From assembly GCA_026395055.1 (NCBI GenBank), contig JAPLZK010000003.1, positions 173,987 to 237,986 on the forward strand: 64,000 nucleotides of DNA. Direction: 5' to 3'. Made by a program: the position numbers and the translations under genes. The notes under the pieces were generated by a model. It was not told the DNA's origin, searched no databases, and saw only the letters and a program-made list of their open reading frames with translations. The stretch is from Candidatus Uhrbacteria bacterium (lineage in GTDB: Bacteria; Patescibacteriota; Patescibacteriia; UBA9934; GWF2-40-263). Below are positions 1 through 10,820 of the stretch, in pieces. Every line of letters starts with the position of its first letter. Positions within the stretch are counted from its first letter, which is position 1.

Positions 1-662
1 ATCTGTTTTGCTTCTAATTGTTCGTTGAACTGCATTTTTTGTGTTTCAAGCTCTTGTTCCGCTGCAATGTGTTCGTCTCGCATTTTTTCTTGTTGTTCTT
101 TCGCTTGTTCGAGTGAAACCTTCACCGCTTTCGCTTCTGCAACAGATTGAGATAAATCAGAATTGATTTGTTCTAGCTTTTGTACCGTATCGAGCAAAGC
201 AGAAAATCGATCGGATCCATAAAACAACTGAATGGGAAGCGATTGATCTTGTGCTTGAATTTTTTGAACAACGCCCGTTATCAATTCTTTTTGATGATCC
301 AACTTTTTTTGCATTGCTAGGATATCTTGTTCGGTCTTGCTGATTTCTGCCTGAATCAATTCGATTTGCGCAGTCGTTTCATTAATCTGCAATTCTGCTT
401 GCTTTAATCGATTCTGCAAAATATCTAGTTCTGTTTCTAGCGACAATGACTGTGATTGTGCTTCATTGATTTTCTTTTGATACGCCTGAATTTGGTCATT
501 CAGTTGATCGATATTACTCTTTTTATCCTGAATGGCTTGTTGAACGTCCGGACTCACTATGGGCACAGGTTCATCTGCATGCGAAAAAGAAATATGCACG
601 CAAAAGAAGAGAATCATTATTCCAATGGTGGAAACAAATATTGGAGTCCGAACGTGGGACAT
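1..662 (-). CDS. Secreted coiled-coil protein (PcsB/EnvC-like murein hydrolase or activator N-terminus), truncated by the window edge
   Basis: Not in the ORF track. Manual translation from ATG 662: MSHVRTPIFVSTIGIMILFFCVHISFSHADEP...IQDKKSNIDQLNDQIQAYQKKINEAQ..., a signal peptide followed by long heptad coiled coil. Starts 2 nt after the gltX stop. Confidence 0.7.
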   Translation of the reverse strand, partial: MSHVRTPIFVSTIGIMILFFCVHISFSHADEPVPIVSPDVQQAIQDKKSNIDQLNDQIQAYQKKINEAQSQSLSLETELDILQNRLKQAELQINETTAQIELIQAEISKTEQDILAMQKKLDHQKELITGVVQKIQAQDQSLPIQLFYGSDRFSALLDTVQKLEQINSDLSQSVAEAKAVKVSLEQAKEQQEKMRDEHIAAEQELETQKMQFNEQLEAKQ

Positions 663-664
663 AG

Positions 665-2086
665 TTATTTTAAGAGCGAGACGGCGTGATCAATGCGTTT
701 AAGAGATTCTTGTTTTCCAAAAATCCAGAGAAGTTCAAATGGATTTGGAGATTTTTCTTTCCCAGAAAGTGCTGCACGTAATGGCCATAACACATTTCCA
801 TTTTGAAAACTTCCCTCTTCAATATACTTCTTTACGACGGCTTCGAGAAGTGTGCGATCTGCGAATGTTTCGTCTGTTATGTTCTCAAGAAGCTCAAGAA
901 GGGCTACGAAATGCATGTGCGCATCTGCCGCGTCCGCTTTCTTCCAGATAAGCATTGCGGGATCATAGGCACTTAATTGAAGATACTCGAGTGCGCGGTC
1001 AGAAAGATCTTGTAGTGTAATGAGTCGATCTTTTTCTATTTCACAGATACGTGTCAGAAATTCTGGATCGATAGAGACCTGTGCCTTCTCAAGAAAAGGT
1101 TTTGCGAGAGTGATTATTTCTGCTACTGATTTCGTTCGAAGATACATCCCGTTCATCCAGTCGAGTTTTGCGTGATCAAACACCGCACCACTCTTATTGA
1201 TCTTTGAAAGGTCGAACAGTTGAATCAGTTCGTCGAATGCGTAGATTTCACGGTCCGCTGTTGGGTTAAATCCAAGTAATGCAACAAAATTGATCAATGT
1301 TTCTGGTAAATATCCTTTTGCGAGGTAATCTTCAACAGCAACGTCACCTTGTCTCTTCGATAACTTAGACTTGTCTGGATTCAAAATAAGAGGAAGGTGT
1401 GCGAATTTTGGAATTGCAAATCCAAACATGTTGTATAAAATAACATGTTTTGGAACAGACGAAATCCACTCGTCTCCACGAATGATATGTGTGACATTCA
1501 TGTCATTGTCATCAACGACAACAGCAAGATGGTAGGTTGGAAAGCCATCGGTCTTCAGTAAGACTTGGTCATCCACCTCTTTGTTATCAATCGTAATGTC
1601 ACCACGGATTTCGTCTGTGAATGTTGTCTTCCCTTCTGGAATTAATAAACGAATGACGTGTGGTTCATTTGCAGCAAGTTTTGCTTCCTTTTCTTCTTGC
1701 GATACATGCAAACACGCACGATCATATTTCATGGGTGCTTTTGTTGCTTGCTGTTCTTCGCGAAGGGCGAGTAAACGTTCTTTTGTACAAAAACAATAGT
1801 AGGCATCGCCTTTTTCAAGCAATCGATGTGCATGTTCACGATATAATTCGAGGCGTTCTGATTGGATGTAAGGCCCTTTGTCTGGTGGTAATCCCATTGT
1901 GGTAAGTGTGGAGATTAATGCTTCGACGGCCCCGGGAACAAGGCGAGCTTGGTCTGTGTCTTCAATGCGCAAAATGAAGGTTCCTTTTTGTTGTTTTGCG
2001 TAGAGATAACTATAAAGGGCCGTGCGTAAACTGCCGACGTGAAGGTAGCCTGTTGGAGATGGGGCGAATCGAGTTACAACATTCAT
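665..2086 (-). CDS. gltX: Glutamate--tRNA ligase
   Basis: RFAPSPTGYLHVG (HIGH), LRIEDTD, CFC, KLSKR (KMSKS) motifs. Confidence 0.97.
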   Translation of the reverse strand: MNVVTRFAPSPTGYLHVGSLRTALYSYLYAKQQKGTFILRIEDTDQARLVPGAVEALISTLTTMGLPPDKGPYIQSERLELYREHAHRLLEKGDAYYCFCTKERLLALREEQQATKAPMKYDRACLHVSQEEKEAKLAANEPHVIRLLIPEGKTTFTDEIRGDITIDNKEVDDQVLLKTDGFPTYHLAVVVDDNDMNVTHIIRGDEWISSVPKHVILYNMFGFAIPKFAHLPLILNPDKSKLSKRQGDVAVEDYLAKGYLPETLINFVALLGFNPTADREIYAFDELIQLFDLSKINKSGAVFDHAKLDWMNGMYLRTKSVAEIITLAKPFLEKAQVSIDPEFLTRICEIEKDRLITLQDLSDRALEYLQLSAYDPAMLIWKKADAADAHMHFVALLELLENITDETFADRTLLEAVVKKYIEEGSFQNGNVLWPLRAALSGKEKSPNPFELLWIFGKQESLKRIDHAVSLLK

Positions 2087-2880
2087 AAACCAGTTAATTG
2101 ACGATAAATTTCCGGCAAAACATGTTTACACGCACGCCAGAGTCTGTGCTGCCTAAGTGTACCGTAAACGACCATGATCGGAAAGACGAAACTCGCGTTA
2201 AGAATACGACCAATGCGCTTTGGTTCGATGAAGACGCGCCAAACCCATTCGAGTCCCATTTGTGACATGATTCGAGGTGCGCGCGGCTTCATTCCAGCAA
2301 TCATCTCGAAGGCACCACCGATTCCGACTGCGATGCGAATAGATGGAACGTTCGGTAAGACTTCGTGTATAAATTTTTCCTGTTTCTTTTGTCCGAGGGC
2401 GACAAGCATGATGTCTGGTGAAATTTCGAGAAGGGTTTCGAGGATGCGGTCAGAAATTGGAAACGTCACTTGCCCAGGATTGAAAATGGAAATCTTGATA
2501 CCTGGATACTGTTTTTCAAAGACCTCTTTTGTCTTTTCGGCAGAACCTGGATCTCCACCAACGAGCAATACATGTTTATGATTTTCATTCGAGAGATATG
2601 CAACTCGCTCAACAAGATCAACTCCTGTATGCCGATAAGACAGAGTTTCATTTGTGAGTGCAGCTATTGCGAATCGGAGTCCCACACCATCCGGCAAAGA
2701 AAGATCGCTTGACTGCAATATTTTTTGAAACTCCTCGTCTTTACGTGCAAGCAAAAGAAACTCCGGATTTGGAGTTGTGATGAATTTTTGAACAGTTCCA
2801 TTCATCCATTCTGTCAGTTGAGCGTCGAGATTCTCGTTCGATAGATCATCGATCGGAACATCGAAAAGAAGATGTCTCAT
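2083..2880 (-). CDS. WecB/TagA/CpsF family glycosyltransferase (GT26)
   Basis: ITTPNPE, LPDGVG, VALGQKKQE, GIGGAFE, RAP..MSQMGLEW.WR. Start moved to ATG 2880, with TG-extended -10 TAGACT 8 nt upstream. Confidence 0.9.
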   Translation of the reverse strand: MRHLLFDVPIDDLSNENLDAQLTEWMNGTVQKFITTPNPEFLLLARKDEEFQKILQSSDLSLPDGVGLRFAIAALTNETLSYRHTGVDLVERVAYLSNENHKHVLLVGGDPGSAEKTKEVFEKQYPGIKISIFNPGQVTFPISDRILETLLEISPDIMLVALGQKKQEKFIHEVLPNVPSIRIAVGIGGAFEMIAGMKPRAPRIMSQMGLEWVWRVFIEPKRIGRILNASFVFPIMVVYGTLRQHRLWRACKHVLPEIYRQLTGL

Positions 2881-2926
2881 GTGCACATAGTCTATCAAAA
2901 TGGCACATTTATTCAAGTTTTTTTGT

Positions 2927-2955
2927 TTGACAAATCTTTTTTAGCACTCTATCAT
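2927..2955 (+). promoter_or_regulatory. Sigma70 promoter of clpB
   Basis: TTGACA (2927-2932), 17 nt, TATCAT (2950-2955). Confidence 0.8.
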
Positions 2956-2967
2956 TATGAGTGCTAA
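2941..2967. promoter_or_regulatory. CIRCE element (HrcA operator)
   Basis: Exact TTAGCACTC-N9-GAGTGCTAA directly upstream of clpB. Confidence 0.95.
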
Positions 2968-3004
2968 TGTTTCAGGTTTCCAAAACAAAAACGAAAATAT
3001 TCTT

Positions 3005-5650
3005 ATGATGCCAAACAATTTCACGTTAAAATCTCAAGAAGCAATCCAGCGCGCACATAACATCGCTCTTGAAAATGGACAACCCGCGCTTGAACCCATT
3101 CACCTTCTTGTTTCTCTGCTCACCCAACAAGACGGAATCATTCCAACGATTGTAGACAAAATTACCACGCAAGAATCTAATCTTCGTCATGAACTTGATC
3201 ACATCCTCGAAACGTTACCGAAATCCCCTGCCCCACAAGCGGGTGGAGTTGGACAAATGTATTTGAGTCAACAGATGGCAGAAACATTATCAATGGCACA
3301 TAAGAAAGCAAAAGAGTTTAAGGATGATTTTATTTCCACAGAACATTTACTTCTTGCCCTCTTAACAAACAAGCCCGTTGAAAACCTCCTTGCCGGATAT
3401 GAGATCACAGAAGAATCCGTCATGCGCGCGCTCAAGGACATCCGTGGTGCACAACGCGTAGATTCTGCAGAGCCAGAAGCACGTTATCAGACTCTCGAAA
3501 AATACGGCTCTGATCTCACGGAAGCCGCCCGTCTTGGTGAGCTTGATCCGGTGATTGGTCGCGATACGGAGATTCGACGACTTATGCAGGTGCTCTCTCG
3601 ACGAACCAAGAACAACCCGGTCCTGATCGGAGAAGCTGGAGTTGGAAAGACCGCAATTGTTGAGGGTCTCGCACAACGCATCGCATCAGGCGATGTCCCA
3701 GAATTACTGAAGGACAAATCTATTTTCATGTTAGATGTCGGCGCACTCGTTGCGGGAACAAAGTTTCGTGGCGAGTTTGAGGAACGACTCAAGGCTGTTA
3801 TCAAAGAAATCGAAAGTTCAGGCGGAAAAATCATTCTGTTTATTGATGAATTGCACACACTCGTTGGAACAGGAACAACAGAAGGTGGAACAATGGATGC
3901 ATCGAATATGTTGAAGCCGGCACTTGCTCGAGGGAAACTGCGTGCCATTGGTGCAACAACATTAAAAGAGTATCAGCGCTATATCGAAAAAGACCCAGCG
4001 CTCGAACGCCGATTCCAACCGATCATTGTTGAAGAACCTTCTGTCGAGGACACAATCGCGATCCTTCGAGGAATCAAAGAAAAGTACGAAGCGCACCATG
4101 GTGTGCGTATTTCAGATCCTTCCCTCATCTCCGCTGCCGAGTTGTCCGATCGCTATATCACAGATCGAAACTTGCCCGATAAGGCCGTCGATCTTATGGA
4201 CGAAGCGGGTTCTGCGCTTCGTATGCAGATTGATTCGATGCCAGAAGAACTGGATGTTCTCAAGCGAGATCTTATGCGTCTTGAAATTGAAGAAAAGGCG
4301 TTGCAAAAAGAAGATGACAAAGAATCAAAGTCTCGTCTCAAGGAAATTGAGAAGCAGATTGCCGATCTTCGTGAACAAACAGAAGCATTCGAAGGGAGAT
4401 GGAGAAATGAAAAGGAAAAGATTACGCTTATTCGTGAGATTAAGTCTTCGATCGATCGTCTCAAGCTGCAAGCAGAGCAAGAGGAACGCAAAGGGAATCT
4501 CGAGAAAGTGGCGGAGATTCGTTATGCAAACTTGCCTGTCGAAGAAAAGAAGTTGAAAGCGGCTGAAGAAGCGCTTCGAAAAATTCAAAAAGAGCGCGGT
4601 CTTTTGAAAGAAGTCATTACCGAAGAAGATATCGCCACAGTCGTTTCAAGATGGACAAACATTCCCGTCTCGAAAATGCTCGAATCAGAAATGAAAAAAC
4701 TGACGCGCATGGAGGACGACCTTGCAAAGCGTGTTGTTGGACAAGCAGAAGCAATCACAGCCGTCTCAAACGCACTACGTCGATCACGTGCAGGCATTGG
4801 CGAAGAACATCGTCCAATCGGTTCGTTTATTTTCCTTGGACCAACAGGAGTTGGAAAAACGGAACTTGCTCGAGCACTCGCCGAGTTTATGTTCAATGAT
4901 GAGTCTGCCATGATTCGTCTCGACATGAGCGAATACATGGAGAAACATTCGACCTCCAAGATCATTGGTTCCCCACCAGGATACGTCGGTTACGAAGAAG
5001 GCGGACAGCTCACTGAACTTGTGCGACGTAAACCGTATTCCGTTTTGCTTTTCGACGAAATTGAGAAAGCACATCCAGATACATTCAACTTGCTTCTCCA
5101 AATTTTAGACGAAGGTCATTTAACGGATGCGAAAGGTCGCAAAGTAAACTTCAAGAATACGATTATCATCATGACATCCAACATTGGATCAGATCTGATT
5201 CTCAATGCTGGGTCCTCGATGAGCTCAATGGGCTTTCATGAAGAATCGGAGATTGAAGTTGGATCGGACAAAGAAATTCGCGAGACGATCATGGGATTGC
5301 TCAAGGATCATTTCCGTCCTGAGTTCTTAAACCGTGTAGACGAAACGATTGTCTTTCACGCGCTTCGACCAGAAGACATGGAGGCGATCGTTCAAATCCA
5401 ACTTGATCGTGTTGCGCTTCGACTCAAAACACAAAGACACATTGAACTTGTTGTATCAGATACTGCTCGAGCTTTCATTGCGAAACTCGGATACGACCCG
5501 TCATATGGCGCTCGACCGGTGAAACGCGTCATCCAAACGCAGATTCTTGATCCGCTCGCTCTCAAGATTGTTTCCGGCGATATCAAAGAAGGAAAACAAG
5601 TTGTGGTCGGAGTAAAACAAGATCAAATCGTGATCTTGACCAAGAAATAA
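3005..5650 (+). CDS. clpB: ATP-dependent chaperone ClpB
   Basis: Clp N-domain, two AAA+ modules ([16 protein letters not shown]), long coiled-coil M domain, YGARP. The ORF-track ATG at 2957 lies inside CIRCE, so the start is moved to 3005. Confidence 0.95.
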   Translation: MMPNNFTLKSQEAIQRAHNIALENGQPALEPIHLLVSLLTQQDGIIPTIVDKITTQESNLRHELDHILETLPKSPAPQAGGVGQMYLSQQMAETLSMAHKKAKEFKDDFISTEHLLLALLTNKPVENLLAGYEITEESVMRALKDIRGAQRVDSAEPEARYQTLEKYGSDLTEAARLGELDPVIGRDTEIRRLMQVLSRRTKNNPVLIGEAGVGKTAIVEGLAQRIASGDVPELLKDKSIFMLDVGALVAGTKFRGEFEERLKAVIKEIESSGGKIILFIDELHTLVGTGTTEGGTMDASNMLKPALARGKLRAIGATTLKEYQRYIEKDPALERRFQPIIVEEPSVEDTIAILRGIKEKYEAHHGVRISDPSLISAAELSDRYITDRNLPDKAVDLMDEAGSALRMQIDSMPEELDVLKRDLMRLEIEEKALQKEDDKESKSRLKEIEKQIADLREQTEAFEGRWRNEKEKITLIREIKSSIDRLKLQAEQEERKGNLEKVAEIRYANLPVEEKKLKAAEEALRKIQKERGLLKEVITEEDIATVVSRWTNIPVSKMLESEMKKLTRMEDDLAKRVVGQAEAITAVSNALRRSRAGIGEEHRPIGSFIFLGPTGVGKTELARALAEFMFNDESAMIRLDMSEYMEKHSTSKIIGSPPGYVGYEEGGQLTELVRRKPYSVLLFDEIEKAHPDTFNLLLQILDEGHLTDAKGRKVNFKNTIIIMTSNIGSDLILNAGSSMSSMGFHEESEIEVGSDKEIRETIMGLLKDHFRPEFLNRVDETIVFHALRPEDMEAIVQIQLDRVALRLKTQRHIELVVSDTARAFIAKLGYDPSYGARPVKRVIQTQILDPLALKIVSGDIKEGKQVVVGVKQDQIVILTKK

Positions 5651-5653
5651 GGC

Positions 5654-5685
5654 ACAAAATAAGAGCAATATCGCTCTTATTTTGT
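5654..5685 (+). terminator. Intrinsic terminator after clpB
   Basis: ACAAAATAAGAGC-6nt-GCTCTTATTTTGT inverted repeat. Confidence 0.7.
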
Positions 5686-5722
5686 TTGTCGAACAAGTCG
5701 ATTTACGCTATACTTGAAGCTC

Positions 5723-6733
5723 ATGCACAAGCTGTTTCCCCTCATAATTCTCGGCATTTTCCTCTCGACACTTCTCCCGTCGGCAGTTTTTGCCAACGAA
5801 CTTTCTGCGCCAAGTCCTGAGCATTTACTTTCGGATACGGACATGACGGATGTAAACGCAATGACGCGTGACGATATTCAGACGTTTCTCGCAAACGGTG
5901 TCCTTGGCAAATATCGAACACAGGACATACGAGGTGTTTCTCGAAGCGCGGCCGATATTATTGCGAATACTTCGAAAGAGTTTTCATTGAATCCTCGCGT
6001 CATCCTCGTCATTCTCCAAAAGGAACAAAGTCTCGTTGAGAACACGAAGGCTACACAGAAACAATTCGACTGGGCCATGGGCTTTGCCATCTGTGACGAT
6101 TGTTCAAAAGCAGATCCTCGATTACAAAAATATAAAGGCTTTGGCAAACAGGTTTATTACGCAACGCAACATATCCGAGAAGCGTATCTTTCAAAACTCA
6201 TCACAAATGGTGTGACGACAGCTGGATACGGTCCAGGAATTGAATCTATCATCGACGGTTCCGCGCTTGTCCCACAGAATAATGCAACCGCAGCGCTCTA
6301 TACCTACACGCCGCACATGCACGGGAACGTAAACTTCATGAATATTTGGAATCGATGGTTCACAAAATCATTTCCAGATGGAACATTGATACAGAGTCGG
6401 ACAAATGGGGCGGTCTGGCTCGTCCAAGATGGAAAGAAACGACCGATCATCTCGGAGGCTGTGCTTCGATCCCGATTCAATATAAACACAATCGTTCCAA
6501 CAAGTGTTTCTGTCATTGAGCAATATCCTGACGGCGCACCAATCGACTTTCCAAATTATTCACTGCTTCGAGCCCCGAATGGTTCTGTGTACTTGATCGT
6601 AGACAACGTGCGTCGTGGGTTTGTCTCCATGAATGCTCTTCATGAAGCGGGATTCGATATCACAGACTCAATCTCTGTCAAAGCAAAAGAACTTACACGC
6701 TATACAGAAGGCCCACTTATCTTTCCGACCTGA
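5723..6733 (+). CDS. Secreted protein with a putative cell-wall-hydrolase-like N-domain (LQKEQSL...ALYTYTPH) and two C-terminal beta repeats
   Basis: Signal peptide (..AVFA|N). C-terminal repeats PDGTLIQ..VWLVQDGKKRPI / NYSLLR..VYLIVDNVRRGF. TATACT 8 nt before ATG 5723. Confidence 0.55.
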   Translation: MHKLFPLIILGIFLSTLLPSAVFANELSAPSPEHLLSDTDMTDVNAMTRDDIQTFLANGVLGKYRTQDIRGVSRSAADIIANTSKEFSLNPRVILVILQKEQSLVENTKATQKQFDWAMGFAICDDCSKADPRLQKYKGFGKQVYYATQHIREAYLSKLITNGVTTAGYGPGIESIIDGSALVPQNNATAALYTYTPHMHGNVNFMNIWNRWFTKSFPDGTLIQSRTNGAVWLVQDGKKRPIISEAVLRSRFNINTIVPTSVSVIEQYPDGAPIDFPNYSLLRAPNGSVYLIVDNVRRGFVSMNALHEAGFDITDSISVKAKELTRYTEGPLIFPT

Positions 6734-6735
6734 AT

Positions 6736-7530
6736 ATGATCACCTTCGCCGCGTTCACCCCACATTCCCCTCTCTTGCTTGAAACAATCGGTAAAGAGAA
6801 TACGAAAGCTTTGCAAGCTACACTAGACGCCATGCATCAGCTTTCCGAAGAACTTTACGCTTCTCGCCCAGAGGTGATTTTGACGATCTCTACACATCGC
6901 GGTGCACATAAAGATGCATTTTCCATCAACATGCATGATGAATATTTTGTGGACTTTCAGGAATTTGGAGATCACGGAACACAGGGAGAATTTGCGCCAG
7001 ACATTGAACTCATGACACAAATCCAACGTCGCATGCGCAATGAAACAATCCCATTTACACTCGACTCAGACGCGAGTCTTGATTATGGTGTTGGAATTCC
7101 ACTTACATTACTCGCAAAAACTCTTCCCATCACACACACCATCGTTCCAATCGCCTACAGTTTCCTTCCTTCAAAGTCACACGTTGAGTTCGGTCGTATT
7201 TTGAAAGATGTTTGTATGGCAAGTTCAAAGCGTATCGCCATCATTGCCTCGGGTGATCTCTCGCACACCCTCTCGAGTGACGCGCCCGCAGGCTTTCATC
7301 CGTCTGGTGAGGAAGTTGATACCGCGATTGTGAAGTCGATTGAGAACATGTCCCTCTCACAACTTCTCTCCATGGACGAAACAATGCTTGAAACTTCACA
7401 AGAATGTGCGCATCGCCCCCTTCTCATTTTATTTGGGATCCTTGAAAAAATGCCCGTTCGTCCAGAAATTTTGTCTTATGAACATCCGTTTGGTGTTGGA
7501 CAGCTCGTTACCCAATTCCATTTAAGCTGA
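6736..7530 (+). CDS. MEMO1/AmmeMemoRadiSam protein B-like, class III extradiol dioxygenase (LigB) fold
   Basis: PHSP, ISTH, LDYG..IPL, IIASGDLSH, SYEHPFGVG. Confidence 0.8.
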   Translation: MITFAAFTPHSPLLLETIGKENTKALQATLDAMHQLSEELYASRPEVILTISTHRGAHKDAFSINMHDEYFVDFQEFGDHGTQGEFAPDIELMTQIQRRMRNETIPFTLDSDASLDYGVGIPLTLLAKTLPITHTIVPIAYSFLPSKSHVEFGRILKDVCMASSKRIAIIASGDLSHTLSSDAPAGFHPSGEEVDTAIVKSIENMSLSQLLSMDETMLETSQECAHRPLLILFGILEKMPVRPEILSYEHPFGVGQLVTQFHLS

Positions 7531-7533
7531 GGT

Positions 7534-9378
7534 ATGGTTGCAGAAGTGTATCCACTCATGCGCATGCCGCGACACGTAACCGTGTTCGACTACACGCTTC
7601 CCGAAGAACTTCATCACCTCAAGCGAGGTGATGTTGTTGTGATCCCCTTTCGTACCGCATCCATTTTTGGAATTATCTCACGCGTAAAAGATGTTCCGGA
7701 CAGAGGCTTTCGTATTAAACCCGTAACACGCCAAGATTCACGCATCACGTTTTCTGATACAGAACTTTCTTTCTTCGAAAATTTGGCGATCGAACTTGCA
7801 CAGTCTGTTGCATCTGTGTTGAACAGTTGTCTGCCTGAATTTCCAAAGCGCATCTCGACAAAGACCGTTCCAATCGCACCTAGTGAACCCTTAACGATCG
7901 CACCAAATGAACTTGATGGACTTCAGTCGATTGCCCAACAACTCACCGAACGCAGTCGTGCGTTTGCACATGTTTCGGATATTCGTCGCATGGCGTGTGT
8001 GATTGCCGGGTATCTTCGATTAAAACCGGACCAGAAGTGCATTGTGCTGTGTCCAACGATTCTTGATGCACAACGACTTTATTCGCACCTTCCACTCGAA
8101 ACACGCCTCCTCCTCACAGGCGAAGAGAATACAGGAACGCAATTCGCTGTTTGGAATGCATTTCGAAATGCGGAAGCGTGTGTGATGATTGGAACAAAGA
8201 ATGTTTTGTTTGCAACCGACTCGAAAACTACAACGATCTTCGTTGTACGCTCAAGCCACGAGAATCACGGACATCACGAACAGAATCCACGTTTTGATGC
8301 GCGTCTCGTGGCCGAGATGCTCGCAAACCACCATCATACGAATCTGTTCTTTCTCGACGCCATGCCGCGTATTGAGGACACGATTACCTTCTCAAAAACA
8401 AACATCATTGGAAATCCAACGAATCTTGTTCCACACATCATCGACATGGAGCACCAAAGTCGTGCGTCCGCAATTGGGCACTGGATCTCACATGAGACCT
8501 ATCAGGCAACGCAAGAATGTCTCGACATGAACGCACATGTTCTTGTTGTCCTGAATAAAAAATTTCACGCTCGTCGTTTAAGCTGTACATCATGTGCATC
8601 GGATGTTGTCTGTGAGACATGTGGCAACGGAATGATTCTCGACGATCTGTTGATGCGCTGTGTGCGATGCAAGTCTTCCGTTCCGATCATCCGATCATGT
8701 CCGAAGTGTCATGAGGCGACATTGAAAGAATCTGGGTTTGGAAATCAAAAGATTGATGCACTGCTCCAGAAGGAATTTCCGAATGTCTCGACATGCCTCA
8801 TCGACAAAGAACACCCAAACATGAATACGAAGGCATCGCTTGTTATTGCAACGTCATACTATCTCGAACAGATGGCAAATGCATTTAGACCCGATCAATT
8901 CGCTCTCGTTGTTCTCCTCGACGCAGACGCGCCCCTGTTTCGACCAACATACCGTGCATCCGAGGCTGCACTCTACGAATGTGAGGGTTGGCGCGCACTA
9001 GCATTTGCCAATCGTGCACAATTCTTTGTTCAAACGCGATCGGTTCCCTTCTTCACCGAGTACTTCGAGAATCCAACGAAGTCTCTCGAAATGGAACGCG
9101 ATGCACGCCGCTCCTACATCCAACCACCGTTCTGCGAGATCTCAACGCTCACATTCGAAGAACCAGAGCCACGCAAAGCAGACATCTTCCTAAATCAACT
9201 CGTACAACAAATTCGTGCTGTGTCGAGCATAGCGCGCATCAAAAAGAATAAAGTATCCGTTGGCGCAGAATACCTCCTCGAAGTCCGCTATCCGCGTGAA
9301 GATCGACCCAAACTTCTCCTATTATTCCGAAGCCTTCCAGATCGTGTTATCATTGACACACAAGCAAATACGGGCTAA
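7534..9378 (+). CDS. priA: Primosomal protein N' (degenerate helicase motifs)
   Basis: FDY/G..V.IPF 3'-binding domain, four CxxC Zn pairs, G.G.QK, PPF. Located upstream of def-fmt. Confidence 0.85.
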   Translation: MVAEVYPLMRMPRHVTVFDYTLPEELHHLKRGDVVVIPFRTASIFGIISRVKDVPDRGFRIKPVTRQDSRITFSDTELSFFENLAIELAQSVASVLNSCLPEFPKRISTKTVPIAPSEPLTIAPNELDGLQSIAQQLTERSRAFAHVSDIRRMACVIAGYLRLKPDQKCIVLCPTILDAQRLYSHLPLETRLLLTGEENTGTQFAVWNAFRNAEACVMIGTKNVLFATDSKTTTIFVVRSSHENHGHHEQNPRFDARLVAEMLANHHHTNLFFLDAMPRIEDTITFSKTNIIGNPTNLVPHIIDMEHQSRASAIGHWISHETYQATQECLDMNAHVLVVLNKKFHARRLSCTSCASDVVCETCGNGMILDDLLMRCVRCKSSVPIIRSCPKCHEATLKESGFGNQKIDALLQKEFPNVSTCLIDKEHPNMNTKASLVIATSYYLEQMANAFRPDQFALVVLLDADAPLFRPTYRASEAALYECEGWRALAFANRAQFFVQTRSVPFFTEYFENPTKSLEMERDARRSYIQPPFCEISTLTFEEPEPRKADIFLNQLVQQIRAVSSIARIKKNKVSVGAEYLLEVRYPREDRPKLLLLFRSLPDRVIIDTQANTG

Positions 9379-9390
9379 AATCCTCTACCT

Positions 9391-9867
9391 ATGACATCAA
9401 GAACAGTACTTACCTCACCAAACGCAGAGTTACGCGTTGTCTCAAAAGAATTCCCAAAAGCGGAATTTGGATCTGATGAAACAAAGACTCTGACACGCGA
9501 TTTGATTGAAACCATGCGTGTGGAAAATGGGATCGGCATCGCCGCGCCCCAAATTGGAGTACACAAGCGCATGATTATTGTAGATGTTGGCAACAACCAA
9601 CCTCAAGCGTTTTTCAATCCAAAAATTACGTCAAAATCGTTTACAAAAACAGAAAGCGAAGAAGGATGTCTCTCTGTGCCTGGCGTATTTGGAATTGTGA
9701 AACGTCACAGATCTGTCACCGTATCCGCACAAAATATGGAAGGCATCACACAGGTCTTCCGTGCGGAAGGTCTCATGGCAATTGTCTTTCAACATGAAAT
9801 TGATCACTTGGACGGCATTCTTTTTATAGACAAGGTTCTTCGTTACACTTCTCACCCAAAACTATGA
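9391..9867 (+). CDS. def: Peptide deformylase
   Basis: GIGIAAPQIG, EGCLS, QHEIDHLDG. Confidence 0.97.
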   Translation: MTSRTVLTSPNAELRVVSKEFPKAEFGSDETKTLTRDLIETMRVENGIGIAAPQIGVHKRMIIVDVGNNQPQAFFNPKITSKSFTKTESEEGCLSVPGVFGIVKRHRSVTVSAQNMEGITQVFRAEGLMAIVFQHEIDHLDGILFIDKVLRYTSHPKL

Positions 9868-10820
9868 AGACACGCGTTGTCTATTTCGGTTCTCCGGAAT
9901 TATCGGTTCCTTTTTTATCCGCGCTCGTAAACGACACGGATTTTGATGTTGTAGCGGTTGTAACACAACCAGAGAAACCCGTTGGTCGAAAAGCGGTCAT
10001 GACAAAATCCGCCGTTCACGAATTCGCAATCACACATAATATTCCCGCACTTACTTACAAGTCATTACGATCGGATGAAGTTGTTACAGAACTCTCAAAG
10101 TTGGAGGCGGACATCTTTGTCGTGGTCGTCTACGGAAAGATTATTCCAAAGGCCGTTCTCGACATTCCAAAGTTTGGCTGCATCAACGTTCACCCATCAC
10201 TCCTTCCAAAGTACCGCGGTCCATCGCCATTTCAAGAAGCCATTCGTATGGGCGAGAACGTAACAGGTGTATCGATCATGCTTCTCGACGAAGGAATGGA
10301 TACGGGGCCCGTGCTTACAATGCATGAATTTCCAATTGATGAACGAGAGACCGGTGAAACGATTCAACCAAAAGTTGTTGCGATCGGCGTGCCGTTGCTT
10401 CTCGACGCACTCCGCAAATGGACAACGGCTGATCGTGTAGCAATTCCACAAGACGATGCGCTTGCAACCTATTCAAAAATGTTGTCGAAGGAAGATGGAA
10501 AGATCGATTGGTCTAAGTCCGCGCTCGAGATTGATCGTCAGGTGCGAGCATTTAAACCATGGCCAGGAACATATTTTATCTGGAACGAGGATGGAAAAGA
10601 TGTTCGTGTCGTTGTACACGAGACATTGCCACTCGAGAGTTCATCCGATCGAACTCCTGGAAGTGTCATCGAAGATACGGGCCGCATCATGATCGTTTGT
10701 GGAGACCATTCTCTTCTCGAACTTATTACAGTCCAACCGGAAGGCAAAAATAAAATGTCCTCGAACGAATATGTTCGAGGACATCAATCATTTTTAAAAA
10801 CAAACCTTATTTCGTCCTAG
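9864..10820 (+). CDS. fmt: Methionyl-tRNA formyltransferase
   Basis: VVTQPEKPVGR, INVHPSLLPKYRG, GMDTGP. Confidence 0.96.
   Translation: MKTRVVYFGSPELSVPFLSALVNDTDFDVVAVVTQPEKPVGRKAVMTKSAVHEFAITHNIPALTYKSLRSDEVVTELSKLEADIFVVVVYGKIIPKAVLDIPKFGCINVHPSLLPKYRGPSPFQEAIRMGENVTGVSIMLLDEGMDTGPVLTMHEFPIDERETGETIQPKVVAIGVPLLLDALRKWTTADRVAIPQDDALATYSKMLSKEDGKIDWSKSALEIDRQVRAFKPWPGTYFIWNEDGKDVRVVVHETLPLESSSDRTPGSVIEDTGRIMIVCGDHSLLELITVQPEGKNKMSSNEYVRGHQSFLKTNLISS

Noticed and set aside
2957-3004. ORF-track N-terminal extension of ClpB
   Set aside because: That ATG lies within the CIRCE/-10 region and would be upstream of or at the TSS.
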